64,000 nucleotides of DNA from an uncultured delta proteobacterium (GCA_963708295.1 CAVPSJ010000004.1:288001-352000); one strand, 5' to 3'. Shown: positions 40,716 to 51,905, numbered from the stretch's first letter. The notes: generated by a model not told the origin, from the letters alone. Numbers and translations: made by a program.

Positions 40716-40928
40716 ATGTCATTAATAGAAAGTGATTTGGTTTTGACAACTGACGAGGCAATTGAATACCTAAAAATCTCGAAGCCCACCTTCTTAAAAT
40801 ACATCCGGCTCGGAAGGATAAGAGCTATCAAAGCGGGGAAAGGGTGGAGAGTTCTGCAATCAGAACTGCATAAATTCTTAAAAGGAAGGACAGACATCGA
40901 GGATATCTCATTGGAGCAAACCGCATGA
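40716..40928 (+). CDS. Excisionase-like (HTH_17) DNA-binding protein
   Basis: LTTDEAIEYLKISKPT...GRIRAIKAGKGWRV. Confidence 0.8.
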   Translation: MSLIESDLVLTTDEAIEYLKISKPTFLKYIRLGRIRAIKAGKGWRVLQSELHKFLKGRTDIEDISLEQTA

Positions 40929-40956
40929 ATGAGACCTTGACGGTTAGGGAATAAAA

Positions 40957-42462
40957 ATGGAAAAGCGATTATGGGTGTTAAGTCTGGTTATCCTGGTATC
41001 CGCAGGTTGTTATGGTAAAAAGATTGATGGGACATACGAGCCTTCTGGAGAAGTCACTGTAGAGAGCCGTTATGAAGCCCCTTTAGACAAACCCCCTGAA
41101 GCGAGATCCAACCCAGAAATATCTTTAACACCCTCAGAGGAAAAATCCCCTGACATTAAAATGATGGACCCCTCTGCTAAAGCAAAAGATGAGAAAGGAA
41201 TCGCAAAAAGAAAAGGGAATCGCGATAAGAAGCAGAACCTTCTTGATACGGCACTTGATTTTTACCAGGCTTCCCAAGAACGCTGGTCGCGTGGTGAGTT
41301 TGAGGAAGCGATCGATGCTCTTGATGAGGCTTACTCATTCATTCTTGATGTGAACAGCCATAGTGACCCTGCCATCATCCAGCAGAAAGAGGATATGAGA
41401 ATCCTGATCTCAAGGAGGTTAATCGAACTATATGCATCAAGATATACTGCGGTCAATGGAAATCATAAGGCGATTCCTTTAACAATGGATGAGCATGTTA
41501 AGTACGAAATCAATCAATTTCAGACAGTTGAAAGAGACTTCTTTATAAACTCCTCTAGACGATCAAGAAGATACATTGATAAGATTGTGAAAGAATTGAA
41601 CGAAGCAGGGCTTCCTCCAGAACTTGCGTGGCTACCCCTTGTTGAGAGTGGGTTTAAAGTAAACGCACTTTCCCCCGCGAGGGCACTTGGTCTATGGCAG
41701 TTTATCCCATCTACAGGATATAAATTTGGGCTTAAGAGGGATGACTGGATTGATGAGAGGCTTGATCCTGAAAAATCAACAAGCGCTGCCATTGCCTATC
41801 TCCAGGAACTCCATCGTATGTTTGGTGATTGGACAACCGTCCTTGCGGCCTACAACAGTGGGGAGGGAAATGTTCTCAGAGTGATCAGGGGACAGAGGAT
41901 AAATTACCTTGATAACTTCTGGGACCTCTATGAAAGGCTACCTCGGGAGACAGCCCGCTATGTGCCAAGATTTCTGGCAACGCTTCATATCCTCAAGGAT
42001 CCGGGACAATATGGCTTTGATTTGAGAGAGACGGAAGAACCTCTTCCCTTTGAAGTGGTAACCATCGAGAAGCAGGTGAGATTAGATGCCATTGCAAAGG
42101 AATTAGGGATTTCAGAGGCTTTACTCTCCGACCTGAACCCCGAACTCCGGCTAAACGTCACACCCCCAACTCCCTATTCTCTCAGGATTCCACCTGCAAT
42201 GTCAGAGGCGCTGCTTGCGAGCCTTCACAGGATACCAGAGTGGTCACATGTCAGGACAAGTCTTGCGAGTTATATCTATCACCACGTTACAAAAGGCGAG
42301 ACCCTGTCCTCCGTCGCGATAAAATACAGGACAACCGTTGCGGCCATATCAAAGGCAAATGACCTTAGGAGTAGTCAGTTCATCAAGATCGGTCAAAGGC
42401 TTAAGATACCTTTAAGTGATGGCAAGGTCTATACCTCAAAATCGGGTAAACAGACACGGTAA
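40957..42462 (+). CDS. MltD-like lytic transglycosylase lipoprotein with LysM
   Basis: Lipobox SAGC, VESGF, GLWQF, AAYNSGEG, LysM HVTKGETLSSVA. Confidence 0.92.
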   Translation: MEKRLWVLSLVILVSAGCYGKKIDGTYEPSGEVTVESRYEAPLDKPPEARSNPEISLTPSEEKSPDIKMMDPSAKAKDEKGIAKRKGNRDKKQNLLDTALDFYQASQERWSRGEFEEAIDALDEAYSFILDVNSHSDPAIIQQKEDMRILISRRLIELYASRYTAVNGNHKAIPLTMDEHVKYEINQFQTVERDFFINSSRRSRRYIDKIVKELNEAGLPPELAWLPLVESGFKVNALSPARALGLWQFIPSTGYKFGLKRDDWIDERLDPEKSTSAAIAYLQELHRMFGDWTTVLAAYNSGEGNVLRVIRGQRINYLDNFWDLYERLPRETARYVPRFLATLHILKDPGQYGFDLRETEEPLPFEVVTIEKQVRLDAIAKELGISEALLSDLNPELRLNVTPPTPYSLRIPPAMSEALLASLHRIPEWSHVRTSLASYIYHHVTKGETLSSVAIKYRTTVAAISKANDLRSSQFIKIGQRLKIPLSDGKVYTSKSGKQTR

Positions 42463-42484
42463 AGATCTTCAACTTCCTTCCCGT

Positions 42485-42892
42485 TTATTTGCACACTGCT
42501 TTGCATAGATTCTCATCAATGGATCCTCGGGGAATAGTTTTCCAGGCCGGGGGCCGGTCTTTAACCGAACTGGCGTATAAGATCTTCCCTTCTGCGGAAT
42601 ATTCGGTAATCGACAGAATACGATCCTTTTCTTCTGCGCAACTGATTTCCCATAATTCCAATGAATAACTCACATCTGCATCATATTTTCCAAACCGTCT
42701 TACCATTCCGGTTCTACCTTGCTTTGTGTATTCCAATTTCGTCCAAACATCGATAATGTTCTTTGATGACGGAGTCGTATCTTCCACATCATAGAAACAT
42801 TCGTACAAATCGGTCTCCGCAAACAACTTCGCCCCGGAAGGCTGATCCCAAGATCCTTCCCCACCGACGGTGGGTCCATCTTGGTTTATCAC
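42485..42892 (-). CDS. Surface-adhesin-E-like protein lacking a signal peptide
   Basis: Similar to 37754-38191 (FYD, VWTK, EISC, W..IP.GS, AVCK). Confidence 0.55.
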   Translation of the reverse strand: MINQDGPTVGGEGSWDQPSGAKLFAETDLYECFYDVEDTTPSSKNIIDVWTKLEYTKQGRTGMVRRFGKYDADVSYSLELWEISCAEEKDRILSITEYSAEGKILYASSVKDRPPAWKTIPRGSIDENLCKAVCK

Positions 42893-43128
42893 CCGTCGCC
42901 TTCATTGTGATCAATGTGGATACCTTTGAATGAACTCTTCACCGCTTTGCAGACTGGACAGCACCAGTCATCGGGTAGCTTGTCAAATGGATCCATTTCT
43001 AAATCATCATCATAGCGATAGCTGCAAACGGGACAGATGTAGAGCACTTTGAACCTCCGATCGGTGGAAGATCCGGGGCCCGTAAAGACCCCCCACTTAC
43101 CTCCCCCCGAACCAAAGACTACTTGCAC
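42889..43128 (-). CDS. Rubredoxin-like protein (start uncertain)
   Basis: YICPVCSYRYD...LPDDWCCPVC. Confidence 0.75.
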   Translation of the reverse strand: MQVVFGSGGGKWGVFTGPGSSTDRRFKVLYICPVCSYRYDDDLEMDPFDKLPDDWCCPVCKAVKSSFKGIHIDHNEGDG

Positions 43129-43239
43129 CCCGGACCTTTAGCCATGGATTTCCACAGTTTCAATTTTCCAAATTGAAGGGTCCGAATGGCCTCCACTTCC
43201 GGTCGGGACTCACAGTCAGAATCTAAATTGAACAATACC

Positions 43240-44454
43240 TCATTTGCTCCAGTCCGGCCTGGGATAGACCAACTTGGTCGTGGCTACTTCTTTCGGCCAC
43301 AACAACCTGTTCGAACCATTGACGGTCTGGACGGTATAGCAGAACGGAGGAGGTAACCCCTTTGAATCGAAGACAATTCCCTTGCCATAAGGTAGATCAA
43401 ACTTCCGTGATCTCAAATAGTCTCTTATCTTCTTGTCGTCAAGACTACGCGTTCCCTCCACCGCCAGCTCAAGCGTCCTCATCCAGCAGTAGCCCTGACC
43501 AAAGTAGTCAGGAGGCTGAGGCATCCTCAATCGTTCCTTGGAAGCCTGGATGATCTTGTCGTTGCCGGCATAAGGCAGATCAGGAGCCCAAAAAGTATTG
43601 CAGAGCACATTGTTACCGTCCTCGCCAAGTTCCTTCATCCATGCAGGTACTTTCGAGGCGACGAGTTCCCATATGATCTTTGGGTTATACCGTATAGACT
43701 TGGCCGCGCGCATGATCAGCACTCCGTCATCAAAAACGCTGATCGAACAGAGTACCTCCGCACCTCTGGCTTTGGCTTTACTCACCAAGGGTGTTGCATC
43801 GCTTAACGGAAGATTATAGGTCTCATCCACGACGACTTTGATCCCTCGTGCCTCAGCAGATTTGATCAAAGGAGCCCGTGCCGAGAGACCCGTTACGGTA
43901 TTCATCGTCAAAACGGCCATCGTTTTGGGTCTCTCCGCTTTTGGGATGAGGTCATCAAAGACACCTTGTAAAGAAAGGTAAGCCCAATCGCTCATCAAAG
44001 GAGGACTTCCAAAACTGTAAGTATACCCCTGTTCAAAGGACTTCATATGTCCCCCCATGCCCACAAAGACCTTCCCATACTTCTCAACGAGGGGCATCAC
44101 GGCGGGATTGGTCGTCCCGGGAATACCGCCAAATACCAGATCGACTTTGTCTACCGTGATCGCCCTCTCATAATAGGTAACTGCTTTGTCCGTGTCACTT
44201 TCATTGTCGTATATAATCATTTCGACGGGGCGTCCCAAAAGGCCTCCCCTCTTGTTGATATCGTCTGCCCAAAACTCGATTCCCCCTTTCACGTACTTTC
44301 CGGCTTCTGACCATCCTCCGGTCAACGATAACGCTCCCCCTATCCTAATTGGAGTTGACGATGGCCCGGATTTCGTTGGTTGGCTAAGAACAGAGGATGC
44401 GAACAATACCATGATCATGGAAACAATAAGAGTCATTAAGGTTCCTTTCCTCAT
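43240..44454 (-). CDS. ABC transporter substrate-binding protein (branched-chain amino acid type)
   Basis: Signal peptide, IRIGGALSLTG, INKRGGLLGRPVE.IIYDNES; SD GGAGG. Confidence 0.9.
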   Translation of the reverse strand: MRKGTLMTLIVSMIMVLFASSVLSQPTKSGPSSTPIRIGGALSLTGGWSEAGKYVKGGIEFWADDINKRGGLLGRPVEMIIYDNESDTDKAVTYYERAITVDKVDLVFGGIPGTTNPAVMPLVEKYGKVFVGMGGHMKSFEQGYTYSFGSPPLMSDWAYLSLQGVFDDLIPKAERPKTMAVLTMNTVTGLSARAPLIKSAEARGIKVVVDETYNLPLSDATPLVSKAKARGAEVLCSISVFDDGVLIMRAAKSIRYNPKIIWELVASKVPAWMKELGEDGNNVLCNTFWAPDLPYAGNDKIIQASKERLRMPQPPDYFGQGYCWMRTLELAVEGTRSLDDKKIRDYLRSRKFDLPYGKGIVFDSKGLPPPFCYTVQTVNGSNRLLWPKEVATTKLVYPRPDWSK

Positions 44455-44733
44455 CGATATCTTCCTCCTTTCATAAGGGTTTGATGTACTTTCTCTCACA
44501 ATTTCCCCCAGCCCATATAATGTTTCTGAGAAAGTCAACACATGCATTTTGCTAAGACGACCCAAACAGCCTGGGGAAGCAAGAACTAAAACCTTGAAAA
44601 ACGCTCACCCTGATCTGACGGTCACCCATTCTTCACATACGATATAAATGGAAGATGGTCGTCCTGTCTCCAATGCCTGTATTCGTCGGGCTCATCATCG
44701 CAAAACTTTTCCAAATTTCTTGACGCATCACTT

Positions 44734-46149
44734 TTAAGGAATGATCTTCCAACGTGGTTCGATCTTAATGCCGATCCTTTTCATGACTTCCGAAGAAGCG
44801 CGGTCAACATTTTCTAGGATTTCCCGCTCGTTCACGGTGAGGATATTTCTGTGTCGCATGATGATCTTTCCGTTGATGATCACGGTATCCACACTCTTGC
44901 CGTCTGCAGAATAAACGAGATTGGATATGGGATCCATGAGCGGATGCCATTCGGGATGGGATGTATCAACGATGATCAAGTCTGCATTCTTCCCACTCTC
45001 CAATGACCCGATTTGATCTTCCCAAAGCAGCGCACGGGCGCCATCGATGGTCCCCATTTCCAAAGCTTTGTAAGCACCTATTTCTTCGGGGTTTCCGGTA
45101 GCATCTTTATGCGCCTCTGCTGCCAGGTACATGGTCCGGACCATGTCCAGACAACGGCCTGCCGTCGCTGAATCGTTCCCGAGTGCAACCGTCACCCCGG
45201 CCTTCGTCATCTTCGGAATCATCCTATTGGATATGGCTCCGTTAGCGAAATGCATGCTTCCGCCGGGACAATGGACAACTTTCACGTCATGGCTTCTTAG
45301 CCATCCTATTTCCCGCGCGTTCGGGAATCCCATATGAATCAGCAGAAGATTAGGGCCGAAAAGCCCCAAATTGTAAAATCTTTCAACAGATCGAACCCCC
45401 CACCTTTTCTGGACACCTTCATTCTCCTCTCGCGAACACGCCAAATGAGCGTGAATTCCAACGTTGTATTTGTCAGCTAATGATTTGATGGCCTTCGCTA
45501 GGTCATCACTCACGTTGAAGACAACCCGAAGTGAAAACCAGGCTCGGATTCTGTCATGTTCGGCCCTATTCCATTTTTTTACAAGGTCTTCCGCTTTTGT
45601 CAGTGTCTTTTCACGGTTTTCACGGAGATTGGGTGGAAGTGGGAAGAGGGGGTCTTCAATATCTCTTGTGGATCGGTTGGTAATGCCTCTTATGCCAATC
45701 CGTATCGCTGCCTCTACTGACTTGTCAGGGTAATAACCTCCTGAATCACAGAAGCACGTTGTCCCGCTTTTGATCATTTCAAGAAAATTCCCCATCGCGC
45801 TCCAATAGACATCCTCTTCGGTCAGATAAGTCTCATACGGGAATATCCGTTCATACAAACACTTATAGGCGGGTACATCATCAGCAATCCCTTTTGAAAG
45901 ATATTGGACGACGTGGTTATGAGCGTCTACAAAGCCGGGTAAGACCAAGCAACCCGAGGCGTCGATCTCCTTATCGGCGGTGTGCCTGGCTTTAAGGTCT
46001 TCTGTCTTGCCCACGTCTCTTATGAAGGGACCTTCCACATAAACAGCTCCGCTCTTATAGATTTCTCTATTTTGATTCATTGTTACGACATACCCGTTGT
46101 GTATCAAGATACTCGCCACTTCACTTGGTTCTGGAGGTATCGTTCTCAT
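44734..46149 (-). CDS. Amidohydrolase (MtaD/AtzA/guanine-deaminase-like)
   Basis: PGFVDAHNH, HAHLA, LGND, IGSLESGKNADL. Confidence 0.9.
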   Translation of the reverse strand: MRTIPPEPSEVASILIHNGYVVTMNQNREIYKSGAVYVEGPFIRDVGKTEDLKARHTADKEIDASGCLVLPGFVDAHNHVVQYLSKGIADDVPAYKCLYERIFPYETYLTEEDVYWSAMGNFLEMIKSGTTCFCDSGGYYPDKSVEAAIRIGIRGITNRSTRDIEDPLFPLPPNLRENREKTLTKAEDLVKKWNRAEHDRIRAWFSLRVVFNVSDDLAKAIKSLADKYNVGIHAHLACSREENEGVQKRWGVRSVERFYNLGLFGPNLLLIHMGFPNAREIGWLRSHDVKVVHCPGGSMHFANGAISNRMIPKMTKAGVTVALGNDSATAGRCLDMVRTMYLAAEAHKDATGNPEEIGAYKALEMGTIDGARALLWEDQIGSLESGKNADLIIVDTSHPEWHPLMDPISNLVYSADGKSVDTVIINGKIIMRHRNILTVNEREILENVDRASSEVMKRIGIKIEPRWKIIP

Positions 46150-46229
46150 ATCGATTTCCTTTCAAAGTTACATCGTTAAGTTGTAGGAGTCAATCCTTTT
46201 TTAGCCCTTTTTTTAGCTGCCCTTTTTGC

Positions 46230-46258
46230 TTGACAATCGAAAGGAGGGCTAATAGGAT
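46230..46258 (+). promoter_or_regulatory. Sigma70 promoter
   Basis: TTGACA-N17-TAGGAT upstream of the hydrolase. Confidence 0.55.
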
Positions 46259-46307
46259 AATGGTCAATTCATCAATGATGTAGAATGCTTTTTCAGGGGG
46301 ATATGGG

Positions 46308-47552
46308 ATGGGACCATTATCTGCACAGGTCGAAAGGCGGATGAAACGGTGGCAGGAACAGCGCTGGATTCTGGACAACGTCATTAAAACAGTTGGGGTC
46401 GAATGGGACCAGAACCGCATCGGGTATACCCTCGGCCCTTGTGGTCCCGAGGCAACATTTGATTTTATGGGTGTCCGGACTCGGGTTCAGAAGTTCACCG
46501 ACATCACCCGAGAGTTCGGGAAAGCGGCATCCCGTCGGGAGGCCATCGCTCGGCAGTTCGAAGACGAAGGGCGGACGGTCGCTGCCCGGGAGAACTTCTT
46601 CATTGCCTCTCTTCTTTATGGGAGCGCGCAGTGGCCGATTTTCGAGAATTCGGAGGATAACATCGCCTTAAATAAGAAGAAGGTCGATTGTTATCTGAAG
46701 TATGCCCAATATGCTGACCATGAGATACGGAAGGTGGAGATTCCTTTCGGCACTCAGTCACTGCCGGGCTACCTTCATTTGCCGAATAAAAGGCCGTCGG
46801 GAAAACTGCCGTGCGTTCTCTCAATCGATGGTATGGACGGTTTCAAGGAGATGATACATTCACTCTATGGAGACCGGTTTTTTGAAAGAGGGATCGCAAG
46901 CCTTGCGATCGACGGTCCCGGGCAGGGCGAATGTTGCATCCGCAATATCCACGTGACCGCCACAAACTTCAAGGATGCGGGTCGTGCAGCCCTGGCATGG
47001 ATGCGGACCCAACCGGAACTCGACCCGGACCGCGTCGCAGTCTCCGCAGTCAGTTTCGGTTCCTTTGTGGGGACCCAGGTGGCCTCTATCGATGATCGAA
47101 TCAAGGGTTGCGCTGTTGCCTTTGTCTGTCACGAACCGGGGTTCAATACAATCTTCAACATGGCTTCGCCGACCTTCAAACTCCGTTTCATGTACATGGC
47201 AGGATATGAAGATGAAGATGAATTTGACAAGTTTGCAAAAACCTTAACCCTGGAGGGGGTTGGCGAGCAGATCAGGTGCCCCTACCTGGTCATCGCCGGC
47301 GAAGACGATGAGTTGAGCCCCATTGAGTATACCTATAAATTGCTCAACAAGATCAAGGCCCCGAAACAACTTGTACTCTATCAGGGTGAGAAGCACGCCC
47401 TCCATTCCACCAGTTCTACCGCCCTGGGGCCTCATTGGGGAGTCTACATAGCGGAATGGATAAAGGATCGCCTGGATGGCAAACCCATGGAATCGAAAAG
47501 TATCATGGTGGATTTGCTAGGACAGACTCATGCCTTTGAGATCCCCCGTTGA
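46308..47552 (+). CDS. Alpha/beta hydrolase, 2,6-dihydroxypseudooxynicotine hydrolase/FrsA-like
   Basis: LPGYLHLP, GMDGFKE, DGPGQGE, AVSFG nucleophile elbow, GEDD, H. Confidence 0.82.
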   Translation: MGPLSAQVERRMKRWQEQRWILDNVIKTVGVEWDQNRIGYTLGPCGPEATFDFMGVRTRVQKFTDITREFGKAASRREAIARQFEDEGRTVAARENFFIASLLYGSAQWPIFENSEDNIALNKKKVDCYLKYAQYADHEIRKVEIPFGTQSLPGYLHLPNKRPSGKLPCVLSIDGMDGFKEMIHSLYGDRFFERGIASLAIDGPGQGECCIRNIHVTATNFKDAGRAALAWMRTQPELDPDRVAVSAVSFGSFVGTQVASIDDRIKGCAVAFVCHEPGFNTIFNMASPTFKLRFMYMAGYEDEDEFDKFAKTLTLEGVGEQIRCPYLVIAGEDDELSPIEYTYKLLNKIKAPKQLVLYQGEKHALHSTSSTALGPHWGVYIAEWIKDRLDGKPMESKSIMVDLLGQTHAFEIPR

Positions 47553-48022
47553 ACGCCAGGATTGATTCAGCATGATCCGGACTAATGAGAAGACTGTAGC
47601 CAAAAGTACAATTGCGTGGAGGATCCGGACCATGCTGAAAGTGGTCGTGATAAGCATGGGGTCTTTCTCCCATATCACATTTCGCGGAGATGACAATCAT
47701 GAGATGTATGTTTGAGCTGAAGAAATGCCTCCCTCTCCATACCACCCCTACTTCCCTCAAATGAAAACCTTCCTGATAAATCGCCTGATGAATAGATTTA
47801 TCGATGCTCGGCTTCTCGGCTCGGCACCGGGTGGAGCAGGAGGCATGATGGTGATGAGTTTGGAGGCTTCGATGTGAAGGGTATCCAATTTACCCAGAAA
47901 ACTCGGCTTTGTTCCGTTAACACCGATAGAATTGTTGGTTATGTTGGGAATAGTCTTGGGAAAAACCTATTTTGGATAAAAATTGGGAAGAGGATTAGCC
48001 AGGCAAGTCATTGATATGCTTA

Positions 48023-48098
48023 TGGTAGGCGGAACAGGGATTGAACCTGCGACCTCCGGCTTGTAAGGCCGGCGCTCTCCCAACTGAGCTATCCGCCC
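48023..48098 (-). tRNA. tRNA-Val(TAC)
   Basis: GGGCGGATAGCTCAG..., CCGGC-CT-TAC-AA-GCCGG, GGTTCAATCCC, CCA. Confidence 0.97.
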
Positions 48099-48141
48099 TC
48101 TCTTGCGGGGGAAAGGATGGAATCCGGTTCCAAAGCCGAGG

Positions 48142-49392
48142 TCAGGCCACCTCGACTTCTTTCTCATAAAGAAGGATCGGGCTTTCGTTATGGAGGACGA
48201 CCTCTTCGCTGATGATACATTCACGGATGTTGGATTGGGAGGGGATCTCATACATCACATCCAGCATGGTGTTCTCCATGATCGCGCGAAGTCCCCGGGC
48301 GCCGGACTTTCTCTTAATGGCCTCCTTCGCAATCGACATCAACGCCCCCTCGGTGAATCGAAGCTTCACACTTTCAAGCTCGAAGAGTTTTTGGTACTGT
48401 TTCACCAGGGCATTCTTCGGCTTTTTTAGGATATCCACCAATGCATCGACGCTCAGCTCGTCCAGGGTGGCAATCACCGGAAGTCTTCCGATGAACTCAG
48501 GAATCAACCCAAACTTCAAGAGGTCCTCGGGTTGAACCTCCCTGAGCAGCTCTCCCATGTCCCGCTCATACTGGGACTTGATATCCGCCCCAAACCCGAG
48601 AGTCTTCCCTCCGACCCGTTGCTCAACGAGTTTTTCAAGCCCGACGAAAGCTCCGCCGCAGATGAAGAGGATGTTGGTGGTGTCGATCTGAATGAATTCC
48701 TGCTGGGGGTGTTTCCGGCCCCCTTTCGGCGGGATGCTCGCAACGGTTCCTTCGATGATTTTCAGGAGGGCCTGCTGCACACCCTCCCCTGACACATCTC
48801 GCGTAATCGAGGGGCTATCGGATTTTCTCGAGATCTTGTCGATTTCGTCAATGTAAACGATTCCCTTCTGAGTCCGCTCGATATCGTAATCAGCCGACTG
48901 AAGAAGACTCAGAATAATATTCTCCACATCCTCGCCCACATACCCTGCTTCCGTCAGGCAGGTGGCATCCGCAATCGTGAAGGGGACATCGAGGATACGG
49001 GCCAGCGTCTGGGCGAGGAGCGTTTTCCCGGACCCGGTGGGACCGATGAGGATGATATTTGATTTCTGGAGTTCTACCTCTCCGGAGGCCACTCGAGCAT
49101 CGATCCGCTTATAGTGATTGTGGACGGCCACCGACAGGATCTTCTTCGCATGCTCCTGCCCGATCACATACTCATCGAGCTTGGCCTTGATCTCCATGGG
49201 CTTCGGGACCGTCAGTCTTCCCGGGACGAACCGTTCCTCCGTCTCCTCTGCAATGATCTCGTTACAGAGTTCGATGCATTCGTCGCAGATGTAGACCGTG
49301 GGGCCGGCGATGAGCTTTCTTACCTCATCCTGACTCTTCCCGCAGAAGGAACAATGTAAGACGGTCCCGTAATTTCCTCCGTTCGCCTTCAT
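48142..49392 (-). CDS. clpX: ATP-dependent Clp protease ATP-binding subunit ClpX
   Basis: CSFCGK zinc finger, [18 protein letters not shown]. Confidence 0.98.
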   Translation of the reverse strand: MKANGGNYGTVLHCSFCGKSQDEVRKLIAGPTVYICDECIELCNEIIAEETEERFVPGRLTVPKPMEIKAKLDEYVIGQEHAKKILSVAVHNHYKRIDARVASGEVELQKSNIILIGPTGSGKTLLAQTLARILDVPFTIADATCLTEAGYVGEDVENIILSLLQSADYDIERTQKGIVYIDEIDKISRKSDSPSITRDVSGEGVQQALLKIIEGTVASIPPKGGRKHPQQEFIQIDTTNILFICGGAFVGLEKLVEQRVGGKTLGFGADIKSQYERDMGELLREVQPEDLLKFGLIPEFIGRLPVIATLDELSVDALVDILKKPKNALVKQYQKLFELESVKLRFTEGALMSIAKEAIKRKSGARGLRAIMENTMLDVMYEIPSQSNIRECIISEEVVLHNESPILLYEKEVEVA

Positions 49393-49422
49393 CGTCTTCT
49401 CCTTTCTGTCTCCCTTCAGGAA

Positions 49423-50022
49423 CTACCCTTGAGACCGGACGGGACGCTGGAGAACCACCTCATCGACAATACCGTATTCCCTCGCCTGATGGCCACTCAT
49501 AAAAAAATCTCGATCAGTATCCGCCTGGATTCGTTCCAATGGTTGAGACGTATGTTTGACCATAATCCGATTCAGCTCTTCCCGAAGCCGGAGGATCTCC
49601 TTTGCCTGGATGTCCACATCCGACGCCTGTCCTTGAAACCCCCCCATGGGCTGATGGATGAGAATCCTCGAATGGGGAAGGGCGAATCGTTTCCCCTTTT
49701 CCCCTGCCGCAAGAAGCAAGGCCGCGATACTGGCCCCCTGTCCCATACATAACGTGGAAACCTTGGGTCGAATATACTGCATCGTATCATAAATAGCAAG
49801 CCCGGAGGTCACAACCCCTCCTGGGGAATTGATGTAGAGATGAACGTCCTTATCCGGGTCTTCCGATTCCAGGAAGAGCATCTGGGCAATCACCAGATTG
49901 GCTACATCATCGTCAATCGCCGTCCCCACAAATATGATTCGCTCTTTCAAAAGACGAGAATAAATATCATAGGCTCGTTCGCCTCTCCCGTCCTTTTCGA
50001 TCACAATCGGTATCAGTGTCAT
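49423..50022 (-). CDS. clpP: Clp protease proteolytic subunit
   Basis: [23 protein letters not shown]. Confidence 0.98.
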   Translation of the reverse strand: MTLIPIVIEKDGRGERAYDIYSRLLKERIIFVGTAIDDDVANLVIAQMLFLESEDPDKDVHLYINSPGGVVTSGLAIYDTMQYIRPKVSTLCMGQGASIAALLLAAGEKGKRFALPHSRILIHQPMGGFQGQASDVDIQAKEILRLREELNRIMVKHTSQPLERIQADTDRDFFMSGHQAREYGIVDEVVLQRPVRSQG

Positions 50023-50033
50023 CGCTTTTTCCC

Positions 50034-51317
50034 TCAGACATAGTCGATTTCTGCTTTCTCAAGCAGAAAGCTCAAAGCTCTGTCCCGGAGGATTCCGGCC
50101 TTCACTTCAGGAAGAAGTCCATTCTTTTCGTAGTATTGTTTGACCACTTCGAATTTTTGGTGCGTCCTCTCCGACATCTCTTTCAGGCGATCCTCTGCCT
50201 CCTGATCGGTGACCGCAATCCCCTCCTGGCCCGCAATTTTGTCAAGGATAAGAACAGTCCTGACTTGCTTCTGGGCCATCGCCTTATAATCCTCCTGGAG
50301 CTTCTCCTCCGAGACGCCCAGATTCTTGAAAACCACCCCCTGAGCAGCCAGTTTCAACTTCGTGTCCGAGACCATGGCCTTGGCCTGCTCTTCCACCAAG
50401 CTTTCGGGAACCTCGAAGGGATTTGCCTCAAGCAGTCGATCGACCACCGAATCCTTTAATTGCCGTTCTAATGCGAGCTCTTTCTCCTTTTTGATGTCTT
50501 CCGTCAATTTCGCCTTTAATTCTCCCAAAGACGAATAATCCCCCAGATCTTTCGCAAATTCATCATCCAGCGGAGGGAAGATCTTTTCCTTTATCTCCTT
50601 GATCTTTACCTGGAAGGAGATGGTTTTCCCCGCCCATTTTTGATATCCATAATCCTGAGGGAACGTGACCTCAATCTCCTTCTCTTCCTCCGGTTTCAGT
50701 CCGATGATCTTCTCTTCGAAGGCAGGGATAAATTGTCCGCTTCCCACCTCTACGGTAAAATCAATCGCCTTCCCTCCCTCCAAGGGTTTGCCATTCAAAC
50801 TCGCCTCATAATTGAGGATGACAAAATCTCCTGCCTGGATGGTTCTCGCCTCTGAAACGGTTTTTAAATTGGAATGGAGGTTCTGGAGGGCTTTCAACCG
50901 CTCCTCCACCTCTTCGTCTTTCACCTCTTCTCTCTTCCCTTCGATCTTCAACCCCGTATACCCTTCTAATTTGATCTCGGGTTTGACCTCAATCACAGCG
51001 GAATATTGAAACGGCTTTCCTTGTTCAAATTCTCCAGGATCGACCACGGGCGGAGAGACGGGCTCGAGATGCGTCTCCGTGAGGGCTTTTGGATAGGATT
51101 CTTCTATCAATTTGCGGACGACCTCTACCTTGACATGATCTTTAAAATACCTCTCCAGAATGTTTCTTGGAACCTTTCCGGGCCTAAACCCTTTGATCTT
51201 GGCCGTCCTCCCCAACTCTTTATAGATGGATTCAACTTCCTTGCCGACCTCGTCTTCCGGAATTTCTACGGCTATCTTCTTCTTGATCGGACTGATCTCT
51301 TCAGCACTGGCTCTCAT
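50034..51317 (-). CDS. tig: Trigger factor
   Basis: [12 protein letters not shown] domain FIPAFEE; upstream of clpP. Confidence 0.96.
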   Translation of the reverse strand: MRASAEEISPIKKKIAVEIPEDEVGKEVESIYKELGRTAKIKGFRPGKVPRNILERYFKDHVKVEVVRKLIEESYPKALTETHLEPVSPPVVDPGEFEQGKPFQYSAVIEVKPEIKLEGYTGLKIEGKREEVKDEEVEERLKALQNLHSNLKTVSEARTIQAGDFVILNYEASLNGKPLEGGKAIDFTVEVGSGQFIPAFEEKIIGLKPEEEKEIEVTFPQDYGYQKWAGKTISFQVKIKEIKEKIFPPLDDEFAKDLGDYSSLGELKAKLTEDIKKEKELALERQLKDSVVDRLLEANPFEVPESLVEEQAKAMVSDTKLKLAAQGVVFKNLGVSEEKLQEDYKAMAQKQVRTVLILDKIAGQEGIAVTDQEAEDRLKEMSERTHQKFEVVKQYYEKNGLLPEVKAGILRDRALSFLLEKAEIDYV

Positions 51318-51338
51318 GAAATATCCCCTCAAATGTGA

Positions 51339-51476
51339 AAATACGAAATCCGAAATTCTAAATTCGAAACAAATCCTAAATTCAAATGATCAAATTTCTA
51401 AAACTCTTCGTTCCACTTGTTCTATTTCGGTCATTCGAATTTGTTTCGTGCTTCGTATTTCGTGATTCGAATTTGC
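51339..51476. repeat. Palindromic heptamer-repeat array
   Basis: AAATACG AAATCCG AAATTCT AAATTCG...TTCGAATTTG TTTCGTG CTTCGTA TTTCGTG ATTCGAA. Confidence 0.7.
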
Positions 51477-51488
51477 TTGAAATTGACT

Positions 51489-51575
51489 TGGTGCCGAGGG
51501 CGGGACTCGAACCCGCACAGTCTCACGACCACGAGATCCTAAGTCTCGCGCGTATTCCAATTTCGCCACCCCGGC
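51489..51575 (-). tRNA. tRNA-Leu(TAG)
   Basis: GCCGGGG acceptor, CGAGA-CT-TAG-GA-TCTCG, long variable arm, CCA. Confidence 0.96.
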
Positions 51576-51845
51576 CCGTGACGTTGCTAGCGTCTTCAGG
51601 CGAGACGTCGCCTTATTTGTGCCCGCGCCCTTCCTGCAACCCGCGAATAATCAAGAACTTCTTGTGATAATAATAACTTAATTTAATACTATAATCCATT
51701 TGGTCCGTGCTGTCAATCAAACTACGTTCCCCTCCCCTCTCCCGCTGGAGGAGAGGGGAGGGGGGAGGGAAAAAACTGCTTACAAAAACTTCCATGATAG
51801 TTGATTTTGTTACAATATGTTTTATGATAGAGCATGGATAAGATC

Positions 51846-51905
51846 ATGCAAAGAATGGCCAATTTTTATTATCGGTACTACTTTTTCGTTAGAGGCCTCC
51901 CATAG
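51846..51905 (+). CDS. Attenuator leader peptide MQRMANFYYRYYFFVRGLP (in-frame ATGs at 51834, 51846, 51855)
   Basis: 4 Tyr and 3 Phe within 8 consecutive codons (51864-51887); stop codon lies inside a predicted antiterminator strand. Confidence 0.8.
   Translation: MQRMANFYYRYYFFVRGLP

Noticed and set aside
40716-42462. Prophage (excisionase plus lytic enzyme)
   Set aside because: No integrase or structural genes; the transglycosylase is a cellular MltD-type lipoprotein
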